This document shows, piece by piece, positions 62,910-64,000 of a stretch of 64,000 nucleotides of DNA; the stretch's first letter is position 1, and each line of letters begins with the position of its first letter. The position numbers and the translations under genes were made by a program. Origin of the DNA: Ginglymostoma cirratum (taxonomy: Eukaryota); assembly GCA_024137785.1 (NCBI GenBank), contig JAHRHZ010000048.1, positions 12,318,256 through 12,382,255 on the forward strand, read 5' to 3'. Below the pieces are notes generated by a model, which was not told the origin of the DNA, did not search any database, and saw only the letters and a list, made by a program, of their open reading frames with translations.

Positions 62910-63495
62910 AGGAGAGCGGAGGGGGCAGAGGCCGAGTCAATAATAAAGAAGGAGGCACCCAACTGCATCAGCAGCAGCAGTGATGCCAGGATGAGGCAGA
63001 CGTGGTTCCATTCACCCCAGCCCAAGCTCTCCCAGCAAGTGAGGGGCAGGCCCAGGGCTAAATCCTCTGGCCAGGACTCACAGGCCGAGCCAAGCGTCCA
63101 GGTCCACAGCTAACCCTGGGCACCTGAACAAGCTGCAGCGTCAGCAGAGAACCACTGCAACTGATTTCGGGGGGCTTTGTCTGGATTAGAGTCAGCTGGG
63201 ACTCCAGGGGTACAAGGTTAGCCCATGGCTCCTGCTCGGATGCGGCGGTGATGGGAGTGGAGATGGTAGTGGTCCGTAACCGATCCCCAGAGTCCATTTC
63301 AAATACCACAGCCAATGTCAAGTGGAGTAGCAGAGGGAGAACAAGCAAGGGGGGAGAGAAGGTGAACTCTATTTTAGTCATATCCTTTAATACATTTAGT
63401 AAATCAAAGTGGCACTGGAGTGTGGCGATTGTTAACACTTTTCACTGCATTCTTTTTAAAATACATGTGACAATAAATCATTCAATCCAGTTCAA
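62910..63495 (+). mobile_element. Non-coding GC-rich element with Rex1-like tail
   Basis: Tail cttttcactgc...acatgtgacaataaatcattcaatccagttc. Confidence 0.65.
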
Positions 63496-63902
63496 AGACT
63501 TAACCTCACTTCAGTTCCACCAACTTTGTATCCCAACACCCCATAAGAAAGAACTTATTATTCTAAGATAATTTCATTACTTTAAACTCATTTTCTTAGG
63601 AACACTGCTTAGCATATGTTACTTAATTGATAGACTTTCCAACACTGTAGATCTTAGTGCATGCTTCTCCTTTGAGTGACTTCCAGCCCAGGCTAAATTA
63701 ATCTGGAAAGTTCTGTCGCTAAAGTCACTAGAAAATCCCCTTGGAACTCTCAGTAATATACTCTCATATGGAACTATGGGTATTGTAGTTTATCTCTCAA
63801 AAGCCAGTTGTTAACGCTAAACACACAGCCAAGCCAACACATCAAACCTAGAACTCCAAAAGCCTAAGCTTTCAGCAAATGCCACCAAAATACATGCATA
63901 CA

Positions 63903-64000
63903 TGTGAAGTTTGCACATTCTCCCTTTATCTGCTTGGGTTTCTTGTGGGTGCTCCAGTTTCCTCCCACAGTCCAAAGATGTGCAGGTGAAGCAGATTGTC
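63903..64000 (+). mobile_element. HE1-type SINE (partial, runs off the window)
   Basis: gtttgcacattctccc...tttcctcccacagtccaaagatgtgcagg. Confidence 0.85.

Overview
Repeat-dominated vertebrate genomic DNA, almost certainly from a shark (elasmobranch): it carries about ten HE1-type tRNA SINEs, Deu-domain SacSINE1-like SINEs, and many CR1-, L2- and Rex1-clade LINE fragments. I find no intact host protein-coding gene, so this is probably a large intron or intergenic region; the ORF track is transposon remnants or noise. Old elements include a Gypsy-like LTR element with two diverged LTRs (450-2946), a second Gypsy gag relic (about 58.4-60.3 kb), a Tigger-like MITE, and three or four PIF/Harbinger relics with convergent HARBI1-like and spliced Myb/SANT remnants. 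The most interesting signal is a set of Penelope-type insertions: one GIY-YIG-coding fragment plus several short non-coding fold-back elements. Several carry minimal hammerhead-ribozyme-like cores (CUGAnGA-N-stem II-GAAACGUH), and five are bounded by 9-14 bp direct repeats. There is also a perfect 74-bp-arm palindrome fused to a 25-bp inverted copy of sequence about 900 bp away. Family names come from recognising motifs by eye, and boundaries of degraded elements are approximate. Two N gaps are present (15764-15773, 27963-28362).
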